Assembly: GCA_963600795.1 (NCBI GenBank)
Contig: CAVCDF010000108.1
Location: 3,971 to 67,970, forward strand
DNA: 64,000 bases
Source: Anaerotignum sp.
Lineage (GTDB): Bacteria; Bacteroidota; Bacteroidia; Bacteroidales; UBA932
Direction of reading: 5' to 3'
Shown: piece by piece, positions 35,441 to 45,176 of the stretch
Numbering within the stretch: position 1 is the stretch's first letter
Layout: each line of letters begins with the position of its first letter
Translations under genes and position numbers: made by a program
Notes under the pieces: model-generated
The model's input: the letters and a program-made list of their open reading frames with translations, nothing else
Database searches by the model: none
Told to the model about the DNA's origin: nothing

Positions 35441-36627
35441 CCCGTGACGAAAAGGTTTATTATCGGACGCAGAGGGGAATTGGTGATGACCGTCATCACG
35501 ACAAGGCACTCCCCTTCCGGAAGACCGGCAGTGTCGAACGTGAAATCAAGGCTTCCCTTCCCTCCCGCCGGCACGTCGCTGAAGGCGGCCGTCCTGAGCT
35601 TGGAATTTTCGGAATCGACCTTATAGATGTGGAAAGGTGACTTTCCCGAGTTCTTGAAGGTGAAGGAGCCGCTGACCTTGGTCCCAGCCTTGACCTTGCC
35701 GAAAGAGACCGTGCTCTCGTCGGCCATCGGGCTGGCGGCGTTGTCGGTCTGTTCTTTCGTCCAGGACGTGAAATTCTCCTTCGTGTAGGCGAATATTCCT
35801 ATGCGGGGCTTGCCGGCGCCGAGTTCGGGATTCGGCTCCGTCGCGACTGCCTCAGCGCCCGCCGGCTTGCTTTCCTTTGCCGCCGCCGGGGAGGACACGG
35901 CTTTGTAGGACCGGCCGTTTACCACAGGAGTGGCGTAGTACCAGTTCTTTCCCCACCGGCTTCTGTCGGCGGTGACCGTGAAGGCCAGCCTGGCCGTGCT
36001 TCCCGCCGGGACAGGGTTCGGAGTCACCTTGAGGGACAGTCCGTCGCTGACATCCGAGAATCGGACATCGATCGGAGCGGTGCCGAGATTCGCCACCGTT
36101 GCCTCTCCGCTCTTCTGCTGTCCCTGGGACAGGTTTCCGCCCTTGACCTCAACCTTCTTGAAGCCCAGATTCCCGAAACGGAACGGATACATTTCCTTCA
36201 GGCTCAATTTCTTCTCGTGACTTTCGCCCCTGAGGCGGAGCACAACCGGCTTCTTCACGTCGGAAAAATAGACGGTGAGCGTCTTGTCGAAAGGATAGCC
36301 GCCCTCATCATTCTTGTAGGTGGCCTTTATGACGCCCTTCTCTCCCGGCTTCACGGGCTGTCTGGTCCACTCGACGGAAGTACAGCCGCAGGAAGTAAGG
36401 ACATTGTAGATCAGCAGCGGCTTCTTGCCGATGTTGGTGGCCGTGAACGTCGCCCTCACGGGGCCGTCGGAGACGAGTATGTCACCGAAATCATAGACGA
36501 GCCTGTCCATCATCACCACGCCGCCGAACGTGTTTGCAGGGCCGGAGCCCTGGGCGGAAGACCGGACTGAAGGAGCCAGGAACGACAGAACAGAAAGGAC
36601 CGATATGATTTTAAGGAATTTCTTCAT
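35428..36627 (-). CDS. Secreted DUF1573 (Ig-like repeat) protein
   Basis: YDFGDI...N.GKKPL.I..V.TSCGCT; three related repeats. Confidence 0.8.
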   Translation of the reverse strand: MKKFLKIISVLSVLSFLAPSVRSSAQGSGPANTFGGVVMMDRLVYDFGDILVSDGPVRATFTATNIGKKPLLIYNVLTSCGCTSVEWTRQPVKPGEKGVIKATYKNDEGGYPFDKTLTVYFSDVKKPVVLRLRGESHEKKLSLKEMYPFRFGNLGFKKVEVKGGNLSQGQQKSGEATVANLGTAPIDVRFSDVSDGLSLKVTPNPVPAGSTARLAFTVTADRSRWGKNWYYATPVVNGRSYKAVSSPAAAKESKPAGAEAVATEPNPELGAGKPRIGIFAYTKENFTSWTKEQTDNAASPMADESTVSFGKVKAGTKVSGSFTFKNSGKSPFHIYKVDSENSKLRTAAFSDVPAGGKGSLDFTFDTAGLPEGECLVVMTVITNSPLRPIINLFVTGWII

Positions 36628-36789
36628 TTCCGTCAAAACTTGTTGAAAATTCTTGTCAGGTCACAAATTTAGTCATTATCAGGGACACTTCGGCACTCCG
36701 GCGAAAAAAACAGGGCGCTCAGTTTCGCAGGACACTTTCAAATAACAACCGAATTTTGTAAATTTGTACGATTTCGCGACTAATCGGAA

Positions 36790-38730
36790 ATGGCAGACAT
36801 ACAAAATCAGAACTTTGACTACACGGACGACAACATCAAGACTCTTGAAGGTGTCGAACACATCAGGAGGCGTCCGGGAATGTACATCGGAAGGCTGGGC
36901 AACGGCTCGAACCCCGGTGACGGCATCTACGTGCTCCTGAAGGAAATCGTGGACAACTGCATCGACGAATTCTCAGCTGGATTCGGCAGGCAGGTGATCA
37001 TCAGGATAGAGGACAGGCAGGTGAGCGTCAGGGATTTCGGACGTGGAATCCCTCTCAACTCCGTCATCAAGGCCACAAGCCGGCTGAACACCGGCGGCAA
37101 ATTCGACGACAAGGTCTTCAAGAAGTCGGTCGGGCTGAACGGTGTCGGCACAAAGGCCGTCAACGCCCTGTCGGAAAACTTCTACGTCGAGTCGTTCAGA
37201 AACGGCGAGAGTTCCTGGGCGCAGTACAACAGAGGCGAACTCAAGGACAGCGGCCACAAGGACAAGGTCAGCGAAAAGAACGGCACCCTGGTGGTTTTCA
37301 CGCCGGACAGCGAGATGTTCGGCAACTTCGAGTTCCATTCCGACATCGTGGAGACGATGGTCAAGAACTACTCCTACCTCAAGAAAGGTCTGGCGCTAGT
37401 GCTCAACGGAGTGACCTACAAATCCGAGAACGGACTTCTCGACCTCGTGAGGGAGAGCCTTTCGGAGACTCCTCTGTACGAGCCAATCCATCTCCAGGAC
37501 GAGGACATCGAAGTGGTGCTGACTCACGGCAGTTCCTACGGAGAGAACATCTCTTCGTTCGTGAACGGTCAGAACACGAGGGACGGAGGCACGCACCTCG
37601 CTGCATTCAGAGAGGCCGTAGCAAAGACTCTCAAGGAATTCTACAAGAAGGACTACAAGCCGGAGGACTGCCGTCAGGGCATCATCGGAGCCATCAGCAT
37701 CCAGATCCAGGAGCCGAACTTCGAGGGCCAGACCAAGACCAAGCTCGGTTCGACCTATATGTGGGAGAAGTACAAGACCGACGAGAACGGCAAGAAGATC
37801 CAGAATCCGGACGGTTCCCTTGAAATCGACCGCGGCCCGACCATACGTTCGTTCGTCAACGACTTCATCGCCAAGCACCTGGACAACTATTTGAGAATCC
37901 ACAAGGACATAGTCCCGGTCATCGAGAACAAGATAAAGGACTCGCAGGCCGAGCGCGAGCAGATAGCCGGCATCCAGAAGAAGACACGCGAGAGGAACAA
38001 GAAGGCCAACGTCTACAACCGCAAGCTGCGCGACTGCCGCTACCATTTCGGAGACAAGGCTCCGAAGGACAAGCCGGACATCACGGAGAAGACGAGCATA
38101 TTCATCACTGAGGGAGATTCCGCGAGCGGAACCATCACCAAGGTCCGCGACGCAAACTGCCAGGCCGTGTTCAGCCTTCGCGGAAAGCCTATCAACTGCT
38201 ACAAGGAAAGCCACAAGAAGGTGGCCGAAAACGAGGAGCTGAACCTTCTGATTTCGGCGCTCGGCGTGGAGGACGACCTCGACAACCTGCGCTACAACAA
38301 CATAATCGTGGCGACGGATGCCGATGACGACGGAATGCACATCAGGATGCTTGTCCTCACCTTCTTCATGAAATATTATCCTGACCTCATCCGCCGCGGA
38401 CACGTGCATATTCTTCAGACCCCTCTCTTCAGGGTGGCGAACAAGAAGGAGAGGCGCTACTGCTACTCCGTCGAGGAGAAGGACGCGGCGGTCAAGGCGA
38501 TGAAGACCGCCGTGCAGATAACCAGGTTCAAAGGTCTGGGAGAGATTTCCTCCAACGAATTCGTGGACTTCATCGGAGAGAACATGAGACTTGACCTTGT
38601 CAAACTTTCCGACGAGGAGTCGATCGCCGACATCATGGAGTTCTACATGGGCGACAACACCATAGACCGCCAGAACTTCATCAGGGCGAACCTGCGCTCC
38701 GAAGAGGAGCTTGAAGACGTAAACATCTAA
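36790..38730 (+). CDS. parE: DNA topoisomerase IV subunit B
   Basis: EHIRRRPGMYIG, DNCIDE, DFGRGIP, EGDSA, SLRGKP, RFKGLGE. The SLRGK and GLNGVG variants fit Bacteroidota ParE better than GyrB. Confidence 0.85.
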   Translation: MADIQNQNFDYTDDNIKTLEGVEHIRRRPGMYIGRLGNGSNPGDGIYVLLKEIVDNCIDEFSAGFGRQVIIRIEDRQVSVRDFGRGIPLNSVIKATSRLNTGGKFDDKVFKKSVGLNGVGTKAVNALSENFYVESFRNGESSWAQYNRGELKDSGHKDKVSEKNGTLVVFTPDSEMFGNFEFHSDIVETMVKNYSYLKKGLALVLNGVTYKSENGLLDLVRESLSETPLYEPIHLQDEDIEVVLTHGSSYGENISSFVNGQNTRDGGTHLAAFREAVAKTLKEFYKKDYKPEDCRQGIIGAISIQIQEPNFEGQTKTKLGSTYMWEKYKTDENGKKIQNPDGSLEIDRGPTIRSFVNDFIAKHLDNYLRIHKDIVPVIENKIKDSQAEREQIAGIQKKTRERNKKANVYNRKLRDCRYHFGDKAPKDKPDITEKTSIFITEGDSASGTITKVRDANCQAVFSLRGKPINCYKESHKKVAENEELNLLISALGVEDDLDNLRYNNIIVATDADDDGMHIRMLVLTFFMKYYPDLIRRGHVHILQTPLFRVANKKERRYCYSVEEKDAAVKAMKTAVQITRFKGLGEISSNEFVDFIGENMRLDLVKLSDEESIADIMEFYMGDNTIDRQNFIRANLRSEEELEDVNI

Positions 38731-38737
38731 ATGTTCA

Positions 38738-39301
38738 ATGAATATGACAAAGTGGGCTGAATTCTGCGGCTGGCTGCTGAAAAAGATGGGATGGACCACC
38801 GTCGGCGGGCCGATACCTGAAAAGAAAGGCATAGTGCTGGGCGTACCCCACACCTCGGCGTGGGACTTCGTCATCTCGTACCTGTTCTACACGCAGTTCG
38901 ACAGGAAGGCGCACGTGATGATCAAGAAGGAATTCTTCTTCTGGCCTGTGGGCGTGTTCCTCCGCAAGGTGGGATGCATCCCAGTGGACAGGAGCAGCGC
39001 CTCCGCGATGGTAAAGAGCCTGATCGAGGAGATGGAGAAAGTGGACGCGTTCCACCTCGCCATCGCTCCGGAGGGCACCAGGAAGCCGGTGAAGAAGTGG
39101 AAGACCGGCTATCACCTCATTGCGAGGACAGTCGGTTGTCCTGTCTATCTGGGCTACTTCGACTGGAAGACCAAATGCGTAGGCATCGGCGACAAGTTCG
39201 AACTGACCGATGACGCGAGGGCGGACACCGACAGGATCCAGGCGATCTACGAGGCCAAAGGTTTCGTGGGCAAGCATCCGGAGGGTTACATCACTCACTA
39301 G
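38738..39301 (+). CDS. PlsC-like phospholipid acyltransferase
   Basis: PHTSAWD (HX4D) and APEGTR. Confidence 0.88.
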   Translation: MNMTKWAEFCGWLLKKMGWTTVGGPIPEKKGIVLGVPHTSAWDFVISYLFYTQFDRKAHVMIKKEFFFWPVGVFLRKVGCIPVDRSSASAMVKSLIEEMEKVDAFHLAIAPEGTRKPVKKWKTGYHLIARTVGCPVYLGYFDWKTKCVGIGDKFELTDDARADTDRIQAIYEAKGFVGKHPEGYITH

Positions 39302-39320
39302 AAACGTAAACAAGGACCTT

Positions 39321-41027
39321 ATGGCAAGCAGAAGCAAAGAGAATTACCTGACAACGCTGGCTAAGCTTTTCGAATATGCGACCGACAAGTTCGCCAAAAG
39401 ACCTCTTTCGCGCTTTGTGGAAGGCGGGCAGGAGTACACCTACGAGAGTTTCAAGCACACCTGCCTGCAGCTTTCCCACCGCTTCAACCGCTTCGGAATC
39501 AGCGCCAGGGACAAGGTGGCCATACTTTCCAACAATATGCCCAACTGGACAGTGGCGATGTTCTCCTGCGTACCGTTCGGCAGGGTGACGGTGCCGATCC
39601 TCCCGGATTCGTCCGAAAGCGAGATCACCAACATCATCAACCATTCCGAATGCAAGGCCATCTTCGTGTCCAAAAGGCTGCTGAAGAAACTGAGCCAGGA
39701 GGTCATCGACAAACTGACCCTGGTCATAGACATCGAGACTTTCGATTTCATCAAGAAGGACGACAAGGCTTTCACCTGCGAAGGGCACGGCGTGGACCCG
39801 CAGGCCGATGACCTCGCATCCATCATCTACACCTCCGGAACTTCCGGCAAGGCCAAGGGCGTGATGCTCAGCCACCGCAATTTCTGCCAGAACATCATCG
39901 CCGCCTACCACGCCCACAAGGCCGGCAAGCACGACCGCTGGCTTTCGATCCTGCCGATGTCGCACACCTACGAGATGGCGTTCAGCGTCCTCTACCCGCT
40001 ATACGTGGGAGGCTGCGTCTATTATATTCAGAAGCCGCCTACCCCGAGCATCCTGATGAGCGCGATGAAGAAAATCCGCCCGACAATAATGTGTGCCGTA
40101 CCGCTGATCATAGAGAAGGTCTACAAGAGCAGCGTGGCACCCACCATCGAGAAGAGCCGTGTGCTTTCGTGGATGAAAGTCCACACGCCGTGGCTCCTTT
40201 ACTGGATGATCGGGAAAAGGCTCTACAAGAAGTTCGGAGGAAAACTGAAGTTCTTCGGCATCGGCGGATCCAAACTGGACGGCACCGTGGAGGACTTCCT
40301 GCACAAGGCCAGGTTCCCTTACGCCATCGGCTACGGGCTGACCGAGACCGCTCCTCTGATCACGAACGCCTGCGTGGGCAAGACGGCGGTAGGCTCGATA
40401 GGCGTGCCGGCCTACAATGTGGAAGTCAAACTGATGAACGTCAACCCTGAGACCGGCGAAGGCGAGATAGTGGCGAAAGGCGACAACGTGATGCTCGGCT
40501 ACTACCGCGACCCGGAAAGGACCCGCGCCGTGCTGAACGATGACGGCTGGTTCCGCACCAGCGACCTGGCCTGCAAGGACTCCAAAGGCCGCTACTACAT
40601 CAAAGGAAGGCTTGGGAATATGATTGTGGGACCTTCGGGCGAGAACATCTACCCGGAGGAGATAGAACAGGTGATCAACACCATCTCAGGCGTGAATGAA
40701 TCACTCGTCGTTGAAAGGAACGGCAAGCTTGTCGCCCTTGTGAAGTTCGATGACAACGTGCTGGACTGGAACCAGGAACGGGAGGACAAGTTCTTCGAGA
40801 TTCTGCAGGCCAAGAAGCAGGCGGTTCTTGAATATGTCAACAAGCACGTCAGCAAGCAGTCCAAGATCGGCGAGGTGGAAGCGATGAAGGAGAACTTCGA
40901 AAAGACCGCCACGCAGAAAATCCGCCGCTTCAAGTACAAGGAAGGCGAAGAGAATGGCAGTGAGAATGACGGAGAGGACAAGGAGGAGGATCAGTCCCTG
41001 CCGAAGCGGGACCGCAACGATTCGTAA
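39321..41027 (+). CDS. Long-chain fatty acyl-CoA synthetase (AMP-binding)
   Basis: IYTSGTSGKAKG, GYGLTE, GENIYPEEIE, KTATQKIRR. Confidence 0.9.
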   Translation: MASRSKENYLTTLAKLFEYATDKFAKRPLSRFVEGGQEYTYESFKHTCLQLSHRFNRFGISARDKVAILSNNMPNWTVAMFSCVPFGRVTVPILPDSSESEITNIINHSECKAIFVSKRLLKKLSQEVIDKLTLVIDIETFDFIKKDDKAFTCEGHGVDPQADDLASIIYTSGTSGKAKGVMLSHRNFCQNIIAAYHAHKAGKHDRWLSILPMSHTYEMAFSVLYPLYVGGCVYYIQKPPTPSILMSAMKKIRPTIMCAVPLIIEKVYKSSVAPTIEKSRVLSWMKVHTPWLLYWMIGKRLYKKFGGKLKFFGIGGSKLDGTVEDFLHKARFPYAIGYGLTETAPLITNACVGKTAVGSIGVPAYNVEVKLMNVNPETGEGEIVAKGDNVMLGYYRDPERTRAVLNDDGWFRTSDLACKDSKGRYYIKGRLGNMIVGPSGENIYPEEIEQVINTISGVNESLVVERNGKLVALVKFDDNVLDWNQEREDKFFEILQAKKQAVLEYVNKHVSKQSKIGEVEAMKENFEKTATQKIRRFKYKEGEENGSENDGEDKEEDQSLPKRDRNDS

Positions 41028-41947
41028 AGCCGCAGCGCAGCCTTGTTGTCTCCCGTAACCAGCGCCAGCGCGACGTAGCCTTCTATTTTCTTCATCCTGA
41101 ATATGTTCCTACAGACGTAGCGCAGGTTGATTTCCCTGTAGAGCCTGCGGAACTCCTCGGGTTCAAGGGCGTGGAACGCCTTGACCTTGGCTATTGACTT
41201 CAGATTGAAAAGGGCCAGCCTTCTGGCTTTGGCATCTCCAGGAGCGTTCTCCAGCAGGGAGACACATTCGACGATGGAGTCGAGGCTCCGTCTGTACTTG
41301 GACCTCGTGAGCGAAGATCCGCTGATGAATCGGTCGTAGTAGTAATACGTCCCCTCGCAGAACGCGCAGTCCACTCCCCGGATGAAAAGGGACAGGCAGA
41401 TGAAGGCATCCTCGGCTGTCGCAAGATTTTCAGGAAACGAAAGTCCGCACGCATCATAGGTGGTTCGCCTGATGAGCTTGTTCCAGAGAGAATGCGCCAT
41501 ACGGCCTCCGCACACGGCTTCCGCTATCCGCTTCCGGGAATATCCCGGATGGCACTGGCGTGAAATCTCGCGCCTGTCCTTATAGACCTGGCAGAAATCG
41601 CAGCAGACCACGTCGGCTCCCGTGCGCTCGGCTTCCGCGAACATCTTCTCAAGCAGGTCAGAGTCCATCCAGTCGTCAGAATCCAGATGGATGAAATACT
41701 TTCCGGACGCCGCCTCCATACCGGCCTGCCTAGCCGAAGACACTCCCCCGTTGCTCTTGTGGATGACCTTGACCCTGGGGTCACGGGCAGCATATTCATC
41801 GCAGATTCCGCCGCTCGAATCAGTGCTGCCGTCGTCCACAAGGACAAGTTCCCAACCGGCGAAAGTCTGCGACAGGACACTGTCGACGCTCCGGCGCAGG
41901 AAACGCTCGGCATTGTAAACCGGACATATTACCGAAACCTCAGACAT
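40991..41947 (-). CDS. Glycosyltransferase family 2
   Basis: VSVICPVYN, VDDGSTD, NGGVSSAR, LDSDD, AED. Confidence 0.92.
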   Translation of the reverse strand: MSEVSVICPVYNAERFLRRSVDSVLSQTFAGWELVLVDDGSTDSSGGICDEYAARDPRVKVIHKSNGGVSSARQAGMEAASGKYFIHLDSDDWMDSDLLEKMFAEAERTGADVVCCDFCQVYKDRREISRQCHPGYSRKRIAEAVCGGRMAHSLWNKLIRRTTYDACGLSFPENLATAEDAFICLSLFIRGVDCAFCEGTYYYYDRFISGSSLTRSKYRRSLDSIVECVSLLENAPGDAKARRLALFNLKSIAKVKAFHALEPEEFRRLYREINLRYVCRNIFRMKKIEGYVALALVTGDNKAALRLYESLRSRFGRD

Positions 41948-43151
41948 ACGCAGTTATGCTTTCGATTATCTCCTTCTCGCGACGGGCGGTACGCTCCCAG
42001 TCGAACCGCTCCTTCAATGGCTGGCCGCAAGGCTGGCAAAGGTACAGGACGATCTTCTCGGCCATGGCTGCCTCGAATCCGGGGCCGGGTTCAACGGTAT
42101 ATTCATCGTCAAGGATTTCCGGAACGCCCCCCACTCTGGCAGCCACGACCGCCGCTCCGCAGCCGGCCGCTTCGGCCACCACAAGAGGCAGACCCTCATT
42201 TCTGCTCGGCAGCACCAGCACATCGGTGCAGTTGAAGATCTCAGGCATCCTTTCAGGAGGCAGATTGCCCCAGAAACGGCACGAAACCGACTCGACCGAT
42301 TTCATAGCCGCCTCGACCTTTGACCTTGATTTGCCGTCGCCTACCACCCAGAATTCCACTTTCTGCGACATCCTTTCCTGCACCGTTCTGAATATCTCCG
42401 GAAGGCTCTCAGGATTCTTGACCGGCATGAGATTGCCGGCGAAAGTCACCACCTTGCGCCCTTCCACGCCGAAACTGCTTCTCAAGGCCTTGCGGCGCTG
42501 CTCGTCGAAACGGATGAAGGCTTCGCCGCAACCGTTGTGCAGCACAGTCTTGCTGCCTCCGCCTATCCTGTCCGAAATGGACATCAGTCCGGCGCTGACA
42601 AAGCAGTTGACCTTTGCCTCAATCATCAGTTCGGCGGTAAGTTCCTTGATCTGAGGATGCCGGAACGGTGTCGAATGGATGTCGGAACCGTGCCAGGTTA
42701 TGTAATATGGAATTCCGTACCTTCTTTTCGCCTCACGCGCGATGTAGGCGCCGACGAACGAATGCGCGGCGACCGCATCGTAACCTTCCAGGAGACTGAC
42801 GTTTCTTTCGAGAAACCTGGGATAGGCGGCAGGCCTGAGATGCAGTTTGTAGAAGAGCAGATGGTCCAGAACTGAATAATCCTTCCAGACAAGATTCAGT
42901 TCCAGCCCGTCAAGAGTTATGCTCTTTCTTCCCCGTAGATCCTTCTCGGCCACAAGGCCTTCTCCCGGAATCCGGATGGAGCGGCGCCCGAGGACCGAAC
43001 TGACAAAAGCATTCTGGTAGAGCTGGATGCAGTAAACGTCAATCTTCCATCCGGTCAGGTCGGCGAGGTGCTTCACTCTGGCGCACTTCGCGTTGAAAGC
43101 CCCCTTCCTGTCAAAGACGTTTTCTTCGAATATTACCGCTATCTTTTTCAT
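41940..43151 (-). CDS. Glycosyltransferase family 4
   Basis: TWHGSD, LPSRNEGLPLVVAEA (EX7E), VGGVPE. Confidence 0.9.
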   Translation of the reverse strand: MKKIAVIFEENVFDRKGAFNAKCARVKHLADLTGWKIDVYCIQLYQNAFVSSVLGRRSIRIPGEGLVAEKDLRGRKSITLDGLELNLVWKDYSVLDHLLFYKLHLRPAAYPRFLERNVSLLEGYDAVAAHSFVGAYIAREAKRRYGIPYYITWHGSDIHSTPFRHPQIKELTAELMIEAKVNCFVSAGLMSISDRIGGGSKTVLHNGCGEAFIRFDEQRRKALRSSFGVEGRKVVTFAGNLMPVKNPESLPEIFRTVQERMSQKVEFWVVGDGKSRSKVEAAMKSVESVSCRFWGNLPPERMPEIFNCTDVLVLPSRNEGLPLVVAEAAGCGAAVVAARVGGVPEILDDEYTVEPGPGFEAAMAEKIVLYLCQPCGQPLKERFDWERTARREKEIIESITAYV

Positions 43152-43175
43152 CGAAGCAAAGATAGCGATTCTTTG

Positions 43176-43640
43176 TCAATATCCGGCAAGCTTGAGCCTG
43201 AACTTAAGGCTGCGGCTTCCGTCGGGGAAAGTCTTGGACTGCTCCTGAGTGAATCCGAGCTTGCGGTACACGTCGCCGTCCGACCAGGAGGCGTCGGCAT
43301 AGCTCATCACGTCGTCGGGATGCACTTCTTCAATGAAAGCATTGAGCAGCTTGCCCATCCCGCCGTTGACTCCAAGACCTTCGGCGGAAGCATAGCGCAC
43401 CCACTCGTACGAACAGACGACCGAACCTTCCTTCGTCCATTTCCTTGGGCCTGAAAAGCCGGCGACGGCGACCATGGTGCCGGGAGGGATGTTCTCTCCC
43501 CTCCTGACGAAAAGCCCGTAGAGATAGCGGCAGCGCGTGTAGCCGAGACGATGAAAGGATTGAAGGAACGGTTCAGCGACCGTCCTGTCAATCCTTTTCA
43601 CCTCGCAGTTTCTTGCGTATATGCGTTTGAGTCCGTCCAC
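43176..43640 (-). CDS. Stand-alone Mom/Hef-like GNAT-fold protein
   Basis: GTG start; RIYARNCEV...FL..FH..G...YGLF...MVAVAGFS...YEWVRYAS...GGMGKLL..F...MSYADASWSDGDVYRKLGF. Family recalled from memory. Confidence 0.6.
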   Translation of the reverse strand: MDGLKRIYARNCEVKRIDRTVAEPFLQSFHRLGYTRCRYLYGLFVRRGENIPPGTMVAVAGFSGPRKWTKEGSVVCSYEWVRYASAEGLGVNGGMGKLLNAFIEEVHPDDVMSYADASWSDGDVYRKLGFTQEQSKTFPDGSRSLKFRLKLAGY

Positions 43641-43698
43641 TTCAAGTCAGATAAGCAGCCGTCCTGAAAATGGCGCTGAAGGACGCGCCGGCGGCCGG

Positions 43699-44640
43699 CT
43701 ACCTCAGTCCTTCAAGGCAGGCCTTCACGTTCGCCTCGATGGACGACGCGGAATATTCAGCCTTTTCAAAAGCCTCTCCGGTGATGTGCTCGTAAAGTTC
43801 GATGTAACGGTCGGAAATTCCGCCGACAACTTCCGGAGTCATCTGAGGGATCTTCTGTCCGTCCTGTCCCTGGAAACCGTTGGCCATCAGCCACTCGCGC
43901 ACGAATTCCTTGGAAAGCTGCTTCTGGTGCTCTCCTTTCGCGAGCCTCTCCTCGTAACCGTCGGCATAGAAATAGCGTGAAGAGTCCGGGGTGTGGACCT
44001 CGTCCATCAGATAGATCTGACCGTCCTTCTTTCCGAACTCGTACTTCGTGTCAACCAGGATCAGACCCTGCTTCGCGGCGATTTCGCAGCCTCTGGCATA
44101 GATGGCTCTGGTGTAGGCCTCCAGCTTCTCGTAATCCTCGCGTCCTACCAGACCCTGCGCGATGATCTCCTCCTTGGAGATGTCCTCGTCGTGTCCTTCG
44201 GCCGCCTTTGACGTCGGAGTCACGAGCGGCTCCGGGAATTTCTGGTTCTCCACCATCCCGTCCGGCATCCGAACTCCGCAGATGGTGCGCTTCCCTGCCT
44301 TGTACTCTCTCCAGGCGTGGCCGGCGAGGTAACCGCGGATGACCATCTCGACTTTGAAAGGTTCGCATTTGTAGCCTACTGTCACTGACGGGTCGGGAAC
44401 GGCTATTTTCCAGTTGGGCAGAATGTCCGACGTGGCGTCAAGGAACTTGGCCGCTATTCTGTTCAGCACCTGTCCCTTGAAAGGAATACCTTCAGGCAGG
44501 ACGACATCGAAGGCGGAGATCCTGTCGGTCACCACCATGACGAGATACTTCCCGTCAATGTCATACACGTCACGGACCTTGCCGGTGTACTTTCCGACCT
44601 GTCCCGGCAGATTGAAGCCGGTCTTTACAATTGCTTCCAT
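43699..44640 (-). CDS. purC: SAICAR synthase
   Basis: [33 protein letters not shown]. Confidence 0.95.
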   Translation of the reverse strand: MEAIVKTGFNLPGQVGKYTGKVRDVYDIDGKYLVMVVTDRISAFDVVLPEGIPFKGQVLNRIAAKFLDATSDILPNWKIAVPDPSVTVGYKCEPFKVEMVIRGYLAGHAWREYKAGKRTICGVRMPDGMVENQKFPEPLVTPTSKAAEGHDEDISKEEIIAQGLVGREDYEKLEAYTRAIYARGCEIAAKQGLILVDTKYEFGKKDGQIYLMDEVHTPDSSRYFYADGYEERLAKGEHQKQLSKEFVREWLMANGFQGQDGQKIPQMTPEVVGGISDRYIELYEHITGEAFEKAEYSASSIEANVKACLEGLR

Positions 44641-44679
44641 ATCAAGATAAATTTGTTCGAAATTTTCAAGGCCGCAAAT

Positions 44680-45144
44680 TTAATCATTCTTCTTCAAAAT
44701 CTCTTCAACCGCGGGAGCCAATATGTCATATTCATACCCCCTGGAAAGGCCGAACCGCAGAAGTTTGAATTTTTCCTGAGGGTCCCCTCGGAGCGTCCTG
44801 TACTTGGCCTCAAGCACGGCCCTCATCCGCCTGACGGCTTCATCCCGATCTATCTCCTTAAGCGCCGAAGCGATTACCGGCCTTTCTATTCCTTTGACCA
44901 TCAGGGAGGAAGAAATCTTTGCCGGTCCCCAGCCGGTAAGCCTGGACTTCTCCCTCGCAAAGGCCGAGGCATAGCGCAGGTCATCGACGAACCTATCCTC
45001 CACCAGCGAATCAAGAAGCCTTCCGGCCTGTTCCCTGTCGCCTTCGAAAGCGGCTAGAGCCTTTCTGAATATGTCCGAGCGGCAATATTCCCTCTTCGCG
45101 CACTGGCCCTGAAGCCGTGACAGAACCTTTCCGTACTCCTCCAT
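44680..45144 (-). CDS. recX: Regulatory protein RecX
   Basis: CAKREYC...FVDDLRYA...GWGPAKI...KGI...FGLSRGY. Confidence 0.85.
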   Translation of the reverse strand: MEEYGKVLSRLQGQCAKREYCRSDIFRKALAAFEGDREQAGRLLDSLVEDRFVDDLRYASAFAREKSRLTGWGPAKISSSLMVKGIERPVIASALKEIDRDEAVRRMRAVLEAKYRTLRGDPQEKFKLLRFGLSRGYEYDILAPAVEEILKKND

Positions 45145-45176
45145 ATTCCAGTCTTTCGATGTTCTCCTGAATATTC

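Noticed and set aside
36790..38730. gyrB
   Set aside because: The motif variants (SLRGKP, GLNGVG, MHIR) fit Bacteroidota ParE better.
40991..41027. 37-bp convergent overlap of acyl-CoA synthetase and GT2
   Set aside because: The overlap covers a low-complexity tail; such overlaps are common and there is no evidence of function.
43176..43640. Prophage remnant or active homing endonuclease
   Set aside because: No nuclease domain, no phage neighbours, and host-like composition.
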